DNA from: Desulfobacterales bacterium
GTDB taxonomy: Bacteria > Desulfobacterota > Desulfobacteria > Desulfobacterales > UBA5852
Length of the DNA stretch: 64,000 nucleotides
Direction: 5' to 3'
Assembly: GCA_963674755.2 (NCBI GenBank)
Contig: CAXXVS010000003.1
Coordinates: 1,344,001-1,408,000, forward strand
Shown here: positions 10,571 through 22,528 of the stretch, piece by piece
Position numbering within the stretch: the first letter of the stretch is position 1
Layout: every line of letters begins with the position of its first letter
Translations under genes and position numbers: made by a program
Notes under the pieces: model-generated
The model's database searches: none
The model's input: the letters and a program-made list of their open reading frames with translations, nothing else
Told to the model about the DNA's origin: nothing

Positions 10571-10768
10571 TTAGTACGATACCCGGGGCGCTTATCGTGA
10601 TTTCGTGGACTTCCTGATTTGAAGGCATCGATTGAGGTCGACGAGAACAGGCAAATCGTCGGCAGTGCCATATCGCCAATCCAAGGGCATCAGGCCCTTT
10701 CTCTTCAGCATGACGGCTTTAAACGTTATTGTATTCCCCTATGACTGGACTTCATATTGGCAGGGTAT

Positions 10769-11233
10769 CTAATTGAAGGCCGTTTTTGCCTTGTCGAAGG
10801 CCTCGTCCAGCTTTTTCATGGCGGCATCCATGCCCGCCTTGAGCTCATCCCAGGCCTGGCCGCCGGAGGCTTTCAATTTCTCGTACTGTTCGACGGCCCC
10901 TTCCTTTTGCGCTTTTAAGGTTTGCAGGCTTGCTTCGAGTTTGGCACGGGCCTCGGCCGTCATTTCATTCGTCCCAGCCTGGATTTTATCCCCCAGCGCT
11001 TCGATGTCCCGGTCCAGTTCTTTCAACCGGGTATCCATTTTTTGCATATAGGCGTCTTTTTGCTCCTGCGTATACATTTCGGCGGTTTCCATGGCCGCGG
11101 CCGCTTGTTGTTTGACGTCCTGGGCCGTCACCTCGGATTTGGGCTTGGTCGCTTCTTCCTGATTACCGCAGGCCGTCAGGAAGGCCAGTGCCAACAAAAT
11201 GCTTATGGCCATCAGGCTTGTGTTACGCTTCAT
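10769..11233 (-). CDS. helical coiled-coil lipoprotein (stress-protein-like)
   Basis: Signal peptide with LTAC lipobox; Ala/Glu/Lys-rich helices ending AWDELKAGMDAA. Confidence 0.8.
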   Translation of the reverse strand: MKRNTSLMAISILLALAFLTACGNQEEATKPKSEVTAQDVKQQAAAAMETAEMYTQEQKDAYMQKMDTRLKELDRDIEALGDKIQAGTNEMTAEARAKLEASLQTLKAQKEGAVEQYEKLKASGGQAWDELKAGMDAAMKKLDEAFDKAKTAFN

Positions 11234-11529
11234 TATTTCTCTCCTTCGTCGGTTTTAGCATGGTGTCAGGATTAAGCTTCGGCGCGGAACCAAACCGGGT
11301 GCAGCCGATGCTAAACTATTTGATCCTAAACAAGCGCTTAATGGCCGGCAATGAGGTCAATTGCTGATATTGCAGCTGCCGGGGGCTACTCCTCGACTAT
11401 CCGTTGCCTGGCCCTCTTGTGGCGTCTGCACCGCTGTTGCGGGTTAACCCCTCCAGGCTCGCAAAAAAGCGGGAGGTGTCACGAGCCCACGGACGATGGC
11501 CATATCCCGGTTCGCCGGGAACCAGCCGT

Positions 11530-14500
11530 TCAGGAAGATGGCATGCGGGAGGTATGGCGGCGATGGAAAAGGGAATAGACCGCCGGGATCAGGACCAGCG
11601 TTATCAGGGTGGAGCCGGTGAGTCCTCCCACCACGGCGCGCGCCAGCGGGGCCTGGGCGTCGGACCCCTCGCCGATGCCCAGCGCCAGGGGCAGGAGGCC
11701 CAGGATGGTGGTCAGGGTGGTCATCAGGATGGGTCGCAGACGGCGGCGGCCGGCTTCCATGAGGGCCTCGCGGGTGGGGCGGCCTTCCTGGATCAGGCGT
11801 CCGGCCTGATCCACCAGGAGGATGGCGTTGTTCACCACGATGCCGCCCAGCATGATGCAGCCGATGTAGGACTGCACATTCAAGGTCGTGCCCGTCAGGA
11901 ACAGGGTCACCAGCACACCGATCACGGCCAGGGGCACCGAGAACATGACCACCAGCGGATCCCGCAGGGATTCGTACTGGCAGGCCAAAACCATGTAGAC
12001 CAGAACCAGGGCCAGGACGAGGGAGGTCACCAGCTCCCGGAAGGCCTTCTGCTGCTCCTCGAATTTGCCGGCCACACTCAGGTCGTAGCCCACCGGGCGC
12101 GGAATGCCGTCGAGCAGGGTCTGTACGTCGGCCGCCACCGACCCCAGGTCGCGCCCGGCCACATTGGCCGTCACCGTCACCCGCCGCTGCTGGTCCTTGC
12201 GGTCGATCAGCACGGGCCCCCGGCTGGCCTCGACGGTCACGACATTGCGCAGGGCCACTTTCTCACCCGAATCGGTGGTTAGGGTAAGATCGAGAACGTC
12301 GTCCAGGCTGCGCTTTTCCGCATTTTTGAGCTGAACCAGAATCCGGTAGGCATGGCCTTCCCGGCGATATTCGCCGGCCTTGGTGCCGGCCACGGCCGTT
12401 TGCAGCATTTCGGTGACATCGCGGATGCTCAGGCCGAGGTCGGCCACTTTATCCCGGTTGATGCGGATGTCCTGCTGAGGGATGCCGGCCTCGAGGCTGG
12501 TGTCCAGATCCGTAACCCCCGGCACCGTTATGATGAGGGCCGCGGCCCGCCGGGCCAGCGCATCGAGGGTGGCCAGATCGTAGCCGCGGATCTCCACCGT
12601 CAGCCCCTCGTCGCCGCCCAGGATGCGGTCCAGAATGAACTGACCCTGGGGGGCCCGCACACGGATTTCCATGCCGGGTACCCGGCCCGCCAGCCGGCGC
12701 CGCAGGTCTTCGGCAATGGCCACATTGGAGCGGCGGCGTTGGGCGGCCGGCACCAGGGACAAGCGGATTTCCCCTTCGGATCCGGCATTCGTCCGCCAGC
12801 CGGTGGCCCCCACTCGGACCACCCAGGCCGAGGCTTCGGGGACGGCCGGCAGAACGATCTGTTCCATGAGGCGGGCCTGGCGGTCCACCAGCTCGAGGCG
12901 GGTGCCGACTTCCATTTTACCGGTGACGCGCACCTCGCCCTCGTCGCTGGGGGGCAGAAATTCCGTGCCGATCAAGGGCAGGAGCAGCAGGCTGGCGCCC
13001 AGCAGGGCCGCCGCCGCAACGATGGTGGCAGCGCGATGGTCCAGGATCCGAGCCAGCAGACGCAGGTAAGCCGCTTCGAGGCCGGCATAGGCGGACCGCG
13101 CCGCAGCGACCAGCTGGCCGGACCGCCCACCGGGTTTGCGGGAGGAAATCTTCCCATAGGTCAGCAGGCGCGAGGCCAGCATGGGGACCAGGCTCAGGGA
13201 CAGGACCAGGGAGCAGATCAGGGCAAAGATGATCACATAGGCCAATTCCTTGAAGAGGATGCCCGCCACGCCGCGTACGAAGATCAGGGGAATAAAGATG
13301 ACAAGGGTCGTGATGGTGCTGGCGATGATGGCCGGGCCCACCTCCTGGGCGCCTTCCACCGAGGCTTCCTCGGGCGTCAGCCCGTTCTCGCTGCGGCGGC
13401 GGAAGATGTTTTCGAGCACGACGATGGAACTGTCCACCATCATGCCCACCCCCAAGGCCAGGCCTCCCAAGGTCATCAGATTGAGGGTGAATCCGCCGAA
13501 ATAGATCAGGGCAAAGGTGGCGATGATGGAGATGGGGATCGAAAGGGAAATGACCAGGGTGCTGCGGATGCTGCGCAGAAAGAAGAGCAGTACGATGATC
13601 GCCAGTCCGCCGCCGTAGAGCACCGAGCGGGCCACGTTGGCGATGGAGCGCTCGATCAGGTTGCCCTGGTTGATCACCGGGACGACGGTGACCTGGGGAA
13701 AGGCCTGGTTGATGTCTTCGATCTCTTCCAGGATACGGCGGGCGACCTCCACCGTGTTGGCGTTGGCCTGTTTGCGGATGCCCACGTACAGACCGCGTTT
13801 GCCGTTGACCCGCACGATGCGGGTCTTTTTTTCATAGGTGTCCCGGACGTCGGCGATCTGCCCCAGCCGCACGGCGGCGCCATCCTTTTGCACAATGACC
13901 GTGTCCCGAATCTGGTCCAGGCGGGTGAATTCGGCCGGTGCCCGCAGGGTGACCTCGTAGCGCCCCTGTTCGATCTTGCCGGTGGGCAGGTCCAGGTTGG
14001 CGTCCTCGATGGCCGCGATGACCTTGTCCAGGGGCAGGCCGGCGGCCTTGATGCGTTCCGGGTCCAGTCCGATGCGGATTTCCCGGTTGTAGCCCCCCCA
14101 CAGGTCCACCTGGGCGACCCCCGGGATGCGGGCAAAGCGGTAGCGGATCTGGTCTTCGATGAGCTCCGTCATCTCCACGGGATCGAGGTTGCTGGAGATG
14201 CCCAGGATGACCACCGGAAAGCTGGCGATGTCGAATTTGCTGGTGCGGGGACCGACGATATCGTCCGGCAGTTCGTTGATTTCGTCTTCGAGTTTGCTCT
14301 GGACATCGATGGCCGCCGTGTCGATGTCCGTGCCCCACACAAAGGTGACCCGTACCGTGCTGCGCCCCTCCGAGGAAGTGGAGGTGATTTCCTCCACACC
14401 GGGCACTACGGCCACGATTTCTTCGATGATGCGGGTCACCAAACGTTCCATGACCTCGGGGCTGGCCCCCTCGTAGTCCGTCCGGACGGTCAGGGTGGGC

Positions 14501-14625
14501 AGCTCGATATCGGGCAGCATGTCGATCTGCAGGCGGCTTAAGGAAACCGATCCCAGAATGACCAGAATCAGGGTCACCATGGTGGTGAAAATCGGGCGTT
14601 GGACACTGAAACGGGGCAGCTTCAT
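11530..14625 (-). CDS. RND efflux permease (AcrB/AcrD/AcrF family)
   Basis: 1031 aa; [33 protein letters not shown] and RLRPILMTT motifs. Confidence 0.95.
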   Translation of the reverse strand: MKLPRFSVQRPIFTTMVTLILVILGSVSLSRLQIDMLPDIELPTLTVRTDYEGASPEVMERLVTRIIEEIVAVVPGVEEITSTSSEGRSTVRVTFVWGTDIDTAAIDVQSKLEDEINELPDDIVGPRTSKFDIASFPVVILGISSNLDPVEMTELIEDQIRYRFARIPGVAQVDLWGGYNREIRIGLDPERIKAAGLPLDKVIAAIEDANLDLPTGKIEQGRYEVTLRAPAEFTRLDQIRDTVIVQKDGAAVRLGQIADVRDTYEKKTRIVRVNGKRGLYVGIRKQANANTVEVARRILEEIEDINQAFPQVTVVPVINQGNLIERSIANVARSVLYGGGLAIIVLLFFLRSIRSTLVISLSIPISIIATFALIYFGGFTLNLMTLGGLALGVGMMVDSSIVVLENIFRRRSENGLTPEEASVEGAQEVGPAIIASTITTLVIFIPLIFVRGVAGILFKELAYVIIFALICSLVLSLSLVPMLASRLLTYGKISSRKPGGRSGQLVAAARSAYAGLEAAYLRLLARILDHRAATIVAAAALLGASLLLLPLIGTEFLPPSDEGEVRVTGKMEVGTRLELVDRQARLMEQIVLPAVPEASAWVVRVGATGWRTNAGSEGEIRLSLVPAAQRRRSNVAIAEDLRRRLAGRVPGMEIRVRAPQGQFILDRILGGDEGLTVEIRGYDLATLDALARRAAALIITVPGVTDLDTSLEAGIPQQDIRINRDKVADLGLSIRDVTEMLQTAVAGTKAGEYRREGHAYRILVQLKNAEKRSLDDVLDLTLTTDSGEKVALRNVVTVEASRGPVLIDRKDQQRRVTVTANVAGRDLGSVAADVQTLLDGIPRPVGYDLSVAGKFEEQQKAFRELVTSLVLALVLVYMVLACQYESLRDPLVVMFSVPLAVIGVLVTLFLTGTTLNVQSYIGCIMLGGIVVNNAILLVDQAGRLIQEGRPTREALMEAGRRRLRPILMTTLTTILGLLPLALGIGEGSDAQAPLARAVVGGLTGSTLITLVLIPAVYSLFHRRHTSRMPSS

Positions 14626-15842
14626 GGGGTCTCCGCCCCTTTGCGGTCGGCGGCCGGTGTTTCCTGATCGGATGCAATCGTAATGCGGGCGCCGTCATCC
14701 ACCAGTTGTTGTCCGATGACCACCACACGTCCCGTCAGTCCCCGGCCCTCCACCTGCACCCGGTCGCCCGCGCGGATGCCCACCGCCACTTCGCGCCAGC
14801 GCACGGACTGGCCGTCTCCGCTGACCACGAAAACCCCGGTCTGGTCGTTGCGCTCAGTCAGGGCCTGCTCCGGGACGATGACGGCATCGGCGATCCGGGC
14901 GAGTTCGACGGTGGCCTGGATGAACATGCCGGGTTTGAGACGATGTTGGGGGTTGTCGATGGTCATCTCGATGCGAGCCTGGCGGGTCGCCGTCCGGAAG
15001 ACCGGGGCGATACGCACGATGCGGCCGGCAAAAGTCTCCCCCGGAAAGGCCTCCGTGGTTAGGGACACGATTTGGCCGGGCTGCATACGGGCGTAGTCCC
15101 GCTCGGTCACGAAAACGACTCCCAGGATGGGATCCAGTTCGACGATCATCAGAATGGGCGCGTTGGCGGCCAAGGTCTGGCCCTCGTCCACGTAGCGTTC
15201 GGCCACCACCCGCTCCACGTCGTCCCCGCTCCAGCCGGCCGTCACCCGGGTGTAGCCCAGGCGGATGTTGGCGCTTTCCAGGGCCGAGACGGATTTCGTG
15301 GCCTGGGCCTCGGCCACGGCCAACTGAGCCCGTTTGACCAGCAGCTCCTGGCGGGCCGCATCGAGTTCCGAATCGGAAGCGATGCCCCGTTTGCGCAGGG
15401 ATTCGGTGCGTTTGAATTCGCGATTGGCGATCTCCAAGACGTTTTGGGCCTCGGAGAGATTGGCCTGGGCCACGGCCAGGTCGGCCCGGGCCTGGGCCAC
15501 GGCCTGGACATATTCGTCATTGTCGAGTTCGGCCACCACCTGGCCCTGCTGGACCGTATCGGCAATGTTGACCAGCACGCGCTCGACCCGGCCGCTGACT
15601 TTGGGGGCTACCACGAATTCCGCCAGGGCTTCCAGCTCGCCGCTGAAGACGCGCTTGAGGGCGATGGGGCCGTGTTCGATGGGAGCCACTTCTACCGGAG
15701 TGGGCCGTGCCGCCGGCCCCTGACCGTCGGTCGCCATGCGCTCCTGCACCGCACGGTAGGCGATCCAGCCTAAAACCGCGACGGCCATCAGAACCGCCGC
15801 CGGAATCATGCGTTTGGAAACGAACGATGTCATGAGCAACAT
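14622..15842 (-). CDS. RND periplasmic adaptor (membrane fusion protein)
   Basis: N-terminal TM segment, [12 protein letters not shown] lipoyl half, coiled coil, LKPGMF; overlaps the permease start. Confidence 0.92.
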   Translation of the reverse strand: MLLMTSFVSKRMIPAAVLMAVAVLGWIAYRAVQERMATDGQGPAARPTPVEVAPIEHGPIALKRVFSGELEALAEFVVAPKVSGRVERVLVNIADTVQQGQVVAELDNDEYVQAVAQARADLAVAQANLSEAQNVLEIANREFKRTESLRKRGIASDSELDAARQELLVKRAQLAVAEAQATKSVSALESANIRLGYTRVTAGWSGDDVERVVAERYVDEGQTLAANAPILMIVELDPILGVVFVTERDYARMQPGQIVSLTTEAFPGETFAGRIVRIAPVFRTATRQARIEMTIDNPQHRLKPGMFIQATVELARIADAVIVPEQALTERNDQTGVFVVSGDGQSVRWREVAVGIRAGDRVQVEGRGLTGRVVVIGQQLVDDGARITIASDQETPAADRKGAETP

Positions 15843-16192
15843 CCTTTGGTCAGTGTCGGCATGGGGACCTCTTCAGAGAATCTTAGCGTGGCGGACGCCG
15901 CGCCGCCGTCAATGAACCGACCGGATCACCATCCCTTCCGGTGGCCGTATTGACACCGCAACATTGTGCTTTTTCATGAATCTTTGCAACGCAAAAATGG
16001 CGGCAAACGAAATGGCGAACGGAGGAGAAGGCCGCACTGGAAGAGCTTCGTGCCGGGCGGGTGATTCTCCCGGTAGTTTTTCATTGTCAGGATGAAGGCG
16101 GAACCGCTATAGGATGGCAACCGCTCCAATAACCGTTTGAAGGGTCGCCCCGGCATCCCCGGAGCAGGGGCGGCGCATGGGAACGATACCTG

Positions 16193-17833
16193 ATGTGGAT
16201 CCCCAATTGCCATCGTCCAGCCCTGTTGATGCTCGTCCTTCTTGTTTTGCCGATCGCAGCGTCCTGCGCGCTGACCGCCTATCCCGTCGACCGTATGGCG
16301 GGAGGGCCCAATGTGCCCGCCGATACGACGATCCGCATGACACCGCCGATGGACGATCAGGACTCGGCGCAAACGGCCTCCCCTTTGCCCCGGGGCCCCC
16401 TGAACCTCACGGTGACCGAAGCGATTTTGATGAGTCTTGAAAACAATCGCGCCCTGGTGGTCCAGCGTTTGAATCCCGCCATCACCCAGACTTTCGAGGA
16501 TCAGGCGCGCGCGGTTTTCGATCCGACGGTGGATGCCGAGATCTCCACGGGCCGGGTCAAAGGGCAGCGCCAGGCCCGCTCGGGGTCGCAAACCGAGGAT
16601 TACACCACGGACACCACCGAGGGGCTGATCGTGCTCGATCAGTATTTTCCGACCGGCACCACGGTGGCCCTGGAGGCGGACACGCGCGGGTCGGACTCCT
16701 CCCTCTACGACGATCCGTTTTACGCCACCCGCCTGGGGATGACGGTGACCCAGGCGCTGCTGCGTGGCTTGGGACCGGAGGCCAACCTCGCGCGCCTGCG
16801 CCAGGCCCGCCTGGATACCCGCCTGTCGGAATTCGAGCTGCGGGGGTATACCGAATCGCTGGTGGCGGACGTGGAACGCACTTGCTGGGACTATGCCCTG
16901 GCCCGGCGCCAGATCGAAATCGTCGAGGAATCCCTCAAGGTGGCCCGGCAGCAGCGCGACGAAACCCGGGAGCTGATCGCCGTGGGCCGTTTGGCCGAAG
17001 CCGAGCTGCCCGCGGTCCAGGCCGAGGTAGCGGCCCAGGAACAGGCCCTGATCGAAGCCCGGGCCAACAAGGAGTCCATCCGTCTTCAACTGCTGCGATT
17101 GCTCAACCCCCCCGGCCCCGGCATCTGGGAGCGTGAGGTGACGGTGGTCCACCCGCCGACCCTGCCGGACATCCCCCTGGAGGAAGTGACCCGCTATGTC
17201 GCCGTGGCCCAGCGCATGCGCCCGATTTTAAACGAGGCCCGGCTGAAGTTGCAGCGCGGCGATCTGGAACTCGTCAAAACCCGCAACGGGCTGTTGCCTT
17301 TGATGGATCTTTTCGTCACCCTCGGTAAAAGCGGCTATGCCGACGCCTTCGGGGACTCCGTCGACCACCTGGATGACGGCAACTACGACATCCTAGGCGG
17401 CGTACGCTTCCAGTATCCCTTCATCAATCGGGACGCTGAGGCCGCCCACCGGCGCGCCCGGCTGAGCCGCACCCAGTCCCAGGATGCCCTCGCCAATCTG
17501 TCCCAACTCGTGGAAGTGGATGTGCGTACGGCCTATATCGAAGTCACCCGCACCCAACAGCAGATCGCGGCCACCAAGGTCACCCGCCAGTTCAATGAGG
17601 AAAAACTGCGTACCGAAACCGAAAAGCTGCGTGTGGGGAAATCCATCAGCTTCCTGGTGGCGCAGGCCCAGCGGGACCTGCTGGCCAGCCGCATTGCCGA
17701 GGTGCAGGCCCTGGCCAACTATCTGAAGGCCCTCATCGATCTTTACCAGCAGGACGGCTCCCTCCTGGAGCGCCACGGCATCGTCGCGCCCGGCCGCGAG
17801 CCCGTTAAGCAGACGGACGCCCGCCATCCCTGA
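16193..17833 (+). CDS. TolC-family outer membrane factor
   Basis: LTVTEAILMSLENN, VTQALLRG and G.SISFLVAQAQRDL patterns of the two OEP repeats. Confidence 0.88.
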   Translation: MWIPNCHRPALLMLVLLVLPIAASCALTAYPVDRMAGGPNVPADTTIRMTPPMDDQDSAQTASPLPRGPLNLTVTEAILMSLENNRALVVQRLNPAITQTFEDQARAVFDPTVDAEISTGRVKGQRQARSGSQTEDYTTDTTEGLIVLDQYFPTGTTVALEADTRGSDSSLYDDPFYATRLGMTVTQALLRGLGPEANLARLRQARLDTRLSEFELRGYTESLVADVERTCWDYALARRQIEIVEESLKVARQQRDETRELIAVGRLAEAELPAVQAEVAAQEQALIEARANKESIRLQLLRLLNPPGPGIWEREVTVVHPPTLPDIPLEEVTRYVAVAQRMRPILNEARLKLQRGDLELVKTRNGLLPLMDLFVTLGKSGYADAFGDSVDHLDDGNYDILGGVRFQYPFINRDAEAAHRRARLSRTQSQDALANLSQLVEVDVRTAYIEVTRTQQQIAATKVTRQFNEEKLRTETEKLRVGKSISFLVAQAQRDLLASRIAEVQALANYLKALIDLYQQDGSLLERHGIVAPGREPVKQTDARHP

Positions 17834-18258
17834 TGGGCGATGAATAATGGCCTGGCCTCCGTGATCCTTTTTCGGCCCAATGTTACCGCTTAGATCTGAA
17901 ATTTTGATCTCCTAAAATACCTCACAGTTCCAACCCGAATAAGGTCTTTACCTCATACCCTTTTTTCCCGTTCTGGTTTCGCATATTCTTCATGGGCTGG
18001 CGGGGGTGTGCGTCAGGCTCCCCTTCCGCGCGTCCCGACGCTTCGGTCATACAAAGCAACTATATATAACGAATGGAGAGATGGAGATGGCCCTTTAACC
18101 ACCGGCAGAACCCGATTGGGGCGAGTCGTTTCGATAGGTGGGAGGCCCGCCGGCCGGGCTGCGGACCCCGCCTTTCATATGGGCGTCGTTGCACGCACCG
18201 CTACACGGTTTGATGCCCATCGGGGTTGCCGCTCAGACGCAATCCGGAGGCTGATGCC

Positions 18259-19437
18259 ATGGAAAGGATAGGGAACAGGGTACAGGGAGGGGCCCGGGCG
18301 GCGCCGATAAAAAAGTCCGGGGTGCAAGAAACCGTACAAAAAATATTTGCGCGAGCCGATGTCCGCCTGGATGGTGCGCGTCCATGGGATTTGCGTGTGC
18401 GCAACCCGGACTTTGCCGGCAGGTTGCTGGCCGGCGGTTCGCTTGCGCTGGGAGAGAGCTACATGGACGGCTGGTGGAGCTGCCAGGCGCTCGACCAATT
18501 GTTCGACCGCATCCTTAGGGCCGGCGTGGATCACGAAGCGCCCCGCAATGTCGCTTCCATTTGGCATGCGGCCAAAGCGAAAATTGTCAATCGGCAGTGC
18601 AAATCGAGAGCCGGGCTGGTCGGCAAGCGTCATTACGATCTCGGCAACCGGTTGTTCCGGCACATGCTCGATAAACGCATGATCTACTCCTGCGCTTTCT
18701 GGGATCATGCGTCGACCCTGGATGAAGCCCAGGAAAACAAGCTGGAGCTCATCTGCCGGAAGATCGATTTGAAACCCGGCATGCGGGTGCTGGACATCGG
18801 CTGTGGCTGGGGCGGATTCGCCCGCTGGGCGGCTGAAAAATACGATGCCCGCGTGCTGGGTCTGACGGTTTCGCGTGAACAGGCGACCTATGCCAGGGAG
18901 CACAGCCGCGGCCTCGATGTCGCCATCGAACTCAAGGATTACCGTGACCTGGAGGGCCAGTTCGACCGGGTCGTATCCATCGGGATGATGGAGCACGTGG
19001 GCGCGAAAAACTATCGCACCTACATGCAGGTGCTGCATCGCAGCTTGAAGCCGAGCGGGCTGTGCCTGGTGCAGACGATCGGGGGCAATACCTCGGTGAG
19101 CACCACCGACCCCTGGATCGACCGCTACATCTTCCCCAACTCGATGCTGCCCTCCATCCGTCAGATCGCCGCGGCCAGCGAAGGTCTGCTGGTGATGGAA
19201 GACTGGCACAGCTTCGGCACCCACTACGACCGAACCCTGATGGCCTGGCATCGCAATTTCACCCGCAACTGGTCGAATCTCAAAGACCTATACGATGAAC
19301 GCTTCTACCGTATGTGGACCTATTATCTCCTCTCCTGTGCAGGCAGCTTCCGCGCACGCCGGAATCAATTGTGGCAGATCGTTTTTTCCAAAGACGGCCT
19401 GCGGGGGGGATATGCCTATCACCGTGCGCTCGGATGA
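18259..19437 (+). CDS. cfa: cyclopropane-fatty-acyl-phospholipid synthase
   Basis: GSLALGESYMDGWW, HYDLGN, VLDIGCGWGG, DPWIDRYIFPN and FYRMWTYYLLSCAGSFRAR; RBS GGAGG. Confidence 0.95.
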   Translation: MERIGNRVQGGARAAPIKKSGVQETVQKIFARADVRLDGARPWDLRVRNPDFAGRLLAGGSLALGESYMDGWWSCQALDQLFDRILRAGVDHEAPRNVASIWHAAKAKIVNRQCKSRAGLVGKRHYDLGNRLFRHMLDKRMIYSCAFWDHASTLDEAQENKLELICRKIDLKPGMRVLDIGCGWGGFARWAAEKYDARVLGLTVSREQATYAREHSRGLDVAIELKDYRDLEGQFDRVVSIGMMEHVGAKNYRTYMQVLHRSLKPSGLCLVQTIGGNTSVSTTDPWIDRYIFPNSMLPSIRQIAAASEGLLVMEDWHSFGTHYDRTLMAWHRNFTRNWSNLKDLYDERFYRMWTYYLLSCAGSFRARRNQLWQIVFSKDGLRGGYAYHRALG

Positions 19438-19552
19438 GGGTGCCTGCTCTGGCCCCGGGCGATGTCGCGCCTGGTTGGGGAGGGAAAACCGGTGTCGGAT
19501 CGAACAAGTGGGATGGTCCTCCTAGGAGGACGTGGGATGATGGCGACCGCCC

Positions 19553-19888
19553 TCAGGTATCCTTCAGGCGTTCCAGGATGCGGACCCCTACCAACCGGAC
19601 CCCTTTGTAGCGGCTATGTTCTTTATCGGTGATGTGGCGAATTTGGACTTTATAGGCCCCATGGGGTTTCGCACCCTGGGGGGAGATAAAGTTGACCTCC
19701 ATCACCTGACCGACCTCGATCAGCTTGAGGAAGGCCGAGCTTTCATGGACCACGAGTCCCGCCCCCTGCGGGGAGACATCGGCGACCTTGAACTGGTAGA
19801 TCGGCTGGGCCACCAGCTTGATTTCAGCCCGGTGGTTCCTGAGCTTGGGGGAGCGGATCTCGGAGCGCTTTTCTTCTTCCATGGCCAT
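19553..19888 (-). CDS. PilZ-domain (c-di-GMP-binding) protein
   Basis: KRSEIR (RxxxR) and DVSPQG (DxSxxG) motifs. Confidence 0.7.
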   Translation of the reverse strand: MAMEEEKRSEIRSPKLRNHRAEIKLVAQPIYQFKVADVSPQGAGLVVHESSAFLKLIEVGQVMEVNFISPQGAKPHGAYKVQIRHITDKEHSRYKGVRLVGVRILERLKDT

Positions 19889-20490
19889 CGTGCGATCGTA
19901 AGTCTTGCCGTCGATTCGCTTCAACGTGCGTGTCAGGTTTCGTGGGGTATGCGCCTGACCACCCTTGGGGGTATTGTCCCATTGGATACCATCGTTTGGG
20001 CGTCGGTTCAAATGGAAAATGCGCCTGACGAGCGCCCTGCAAGCTCGTTGCGCCGTGCCCAAGGCCGTCTGTTGTGCAGAAGGCGCCGCACTCGAACCTG
20101 ATGGTCACCGATCCGAAGGGGCAGGGGAAGAAAAGCAGGGGGCCCTTAAATCCAGCGCGATTGTCCTTCCAGAGGAGCTGTCGCAAGACCATATGAGGAG
20201 GTTGAAAAGGAAGCTATTTTGCCGTTGGCGGCAAAAGATCAAACGGCTATGTGGCCCGTAACCCAACGTTATATCATCCGTTTTATTTTCAGATGACGTG
20301 GACTATAGCGAAATTTGATAGTGCTAAATGGAACCTGATCCCGCGCCCGGGCGAAACAACAGGTGAAGAAACGGATTGCCCCGCGGCCGGCAGTGGTCTA
20401 ATCTAACGATATCTCCGTAATGACAGCGCCGTTGGCGAAACATCCTAGCGAGGTCTCAGTTTGCCTTTTCCCCCTGGTCCCACATCCATC

Positions 20491-22410
20491 ATGAAGAACG
20501 GCATTTCCCTGCGGTCGGAGCCTCTGAAGAGCAATCTCCTCTATGGCGCGTTTGCCGGTGTAACGGTGGTTTCTTTATATGCCGTTCACCTTTACAGCTT
20601 TTTGTTGTTTCACGTCCTGGTCGAAATTTTCAGCGTCGTCGTGGCCTTCGCGATTTTTATGTTTGCCTGGAACACCCGGGATAAAATCGCCAACAAGAGT
20701 CTCATTCTGCTGGGGGCGGCGTATCTGGCCATCGGCGTCCTCGATCTGCTGCACACCTTCAGCTATAAAGGGATGGGCGTATTCGCAAACTACGGGGCCA
20801 ATACCGCGACCCAGTTGTGGATCGCCGCCCGCTATATGGAAAGTATCACGCTGGCCATCGCGCCCCTGCTGGTCGCGCGCAAAATCACCATGCCCCGTGC
20901 CCTGGCCGCTTATCTTACGCTGCTGGCGCTGATCATCGCGACGATTTTTATCGGGCCGGTTTTCCCCACCTGTTATGTGGACGGCGTGGGGCTGACCCGC
21001 TTTAAGGTGGTCAGCGAGTATATCATTACCGCCATCCTGTTGATCAGCCTGGTCAGTCTGGCGGCTCAAAAAAAACATTTTGACGGCGGTATTTTTCGCA
21101 TGCTGACCGTTTCGATCGTGTTGACCATGGTCTCCGAGCTGATGTTCACATTTTACATCAGCGTCTACGGCATCTCCAACCTCGTGGGGCATTTCTTCAA
21201 ACTGGGTTCCTTCGTCCTGATCTACAGGGCGATCATCGAAACAGGCCTGCAGCGGCCCTACAAGCTGCTTTTCAGGGAGTTGGCCCAAAGCGAGAAACGC
21301 TATCGGCAGCTGGTGGATACGCTGCCCACCGGCCTTTGTGAAATCGATCCCGCTTTTCACATCCGCTATATCAATCCGGCCGGGTTGGCCCTTATCGGCT
21401 ATGACGCGGAAGATATCGAGCGCGGCGTTCACTTGAACACGCTGCTGGATTCGGAAGACCGGGCCAAGGCGCAACGGCGGTTGGCGATGCTGCGCCGCGA
21501 CCGGCCCATCGTCAGCACCGAATACCGGCTTTGCCGCAAGAATGGGAAAACGGCCGAGGTCCTCGTCAATTCGACGCCGATCGTGCAGGACGGCGAACTC
21601 AAGGCCATCCAGACCAGTTTAACCGATGTGACCGAACTCCACCATCTGCAACGGCGGCTGTATGAGGCCCGCAAGATGGAGGCCGTGACGATTCTGGCCG
21701 GCGGCATGGCGCACGAGATCAACAATGTATTGATGGGCGTCATTGGCGGCATCGATCTCATCCGATTGTGTGCGGTCGATCACACGCTGGAGGAATCCGA
21801 TTTCGAGGATGTGCATAAGGGCTGCGCCCGTATTGCCGAGTTGGTGCGAAAGCTTCTGGCCTATTCCCAGGGCGGCCGCTACCGCTTGGAAGTCATCGAT
21901 CTGCGGGAATTCATGCCCGAGGCGTTGTCCGAATTGGCGAAAACCGTCAACCCCGGGATTTCTCTGACCTGTCACCTGGACGACCACATGCCCCCCATAC
22001 AGGCCGATCCGTTGCAATTGCAGCTCGTATTGAACGAGATCGTCGCCAATGCCAAAGAGGCCCTCGACGATGCGGGGCAGATCGAGATTGATTTCCAACC
22101 CCGCACGGTAGATGCCGATCAGGCCCGGCAGCGTCCGGGGATGCAGCCGGGACACTATATCCGCCTCCGTGTGCGGGATGACGGTAAAGGCATGGACCGC
22201 GAAACGCGATCCCATATTTTCGAGCCGTTTTTTTCGACCCATTTCCCCGGCCGCGGCATGGGAATGGCCGCGGTTTACGGGATTGTCAAGAATCACGGCG
22301 GCTGGATCGGGGTCGACTCACACAAGGGCCGGGGAACGACGGTACGTGTCTATTTGCCGGTGGCCTATGAATTCCCGCAGGCCCAAGGACAGCGTCAAGC
22401 CGCGGGATAA
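20491..22410 (+). CDS. MASE3-PAS sensor histidine kinase
   Basis: Multi-TM N-terminus FLLFHVLVEIFSVVVA...DLLHTFSYKGM, PAS domain, AGGMAHEINN H-box, NAKEA, DDGKGM and FEPFFST. Confidence 0.9.
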   Translation: MKNGISLRSEPLKSNLLYGAFAGVTVVSLYAVHLYSFLLFHVLVEIFSVVVAFAIFMFAWNTRDKIANKSLILLGAAYLAIGVLDLLHTFSYKGMGVFANYGANTATQLWIAARYMESITLAIAPLLVARKITMPRALAAYLTLLALIIATIFIGPVFPTCYVDGVGLTRFKVVSEYIITAILLISLVSLAAQKKHFDGGIFRMLTVSIVLTMVSELMFTFYISVYGISNLVGHFFKLGSFVLIYRAIIETGLQRPYKLLFRELAQSEKRYRQLVDTLPTGLCEIDPAFHIRYINPAGLALIGYDAEDIERGVHLNTLLDSEDRAKAQRRLAMLRRDRPIVSTEYRLCRKNGKTAEVLVNSTPIVQDGELKAIQTSLTDVTELHHLQRRLYEARKMEAVTILAGGMAHEINNVLMGVIGGIDLIRLCAVDHTLEESDFEDVHKGCARIAELVRKLLAYSQGGRYRLEVIDLREFMPEALSELAKTVNPGISLTCHLDDHMPPIQADPLQLQLVLNEIVANAKEALDDAGQIEIDFQPRTVDADQARQRPGMQPGHYIRLRVRDDGKGMDRETRSHIFEPFFSTHFPGRGMGMAAVYGIVKNHGGWIGVDSHKGRGTTVRVYLPVAYEFPQAQGQRQAAG

Positions 22411-22528
22411 GCGCCGCTTCAGCGGCGGATGGTCTCTCCCGTCCCTCATGGGATCAAGGCAGGATGGATTTGATCCCGACGACATCATTTCCCGCCAGGG
22501 GCCTAAAGATGCCATTTATGGCGAGGCC

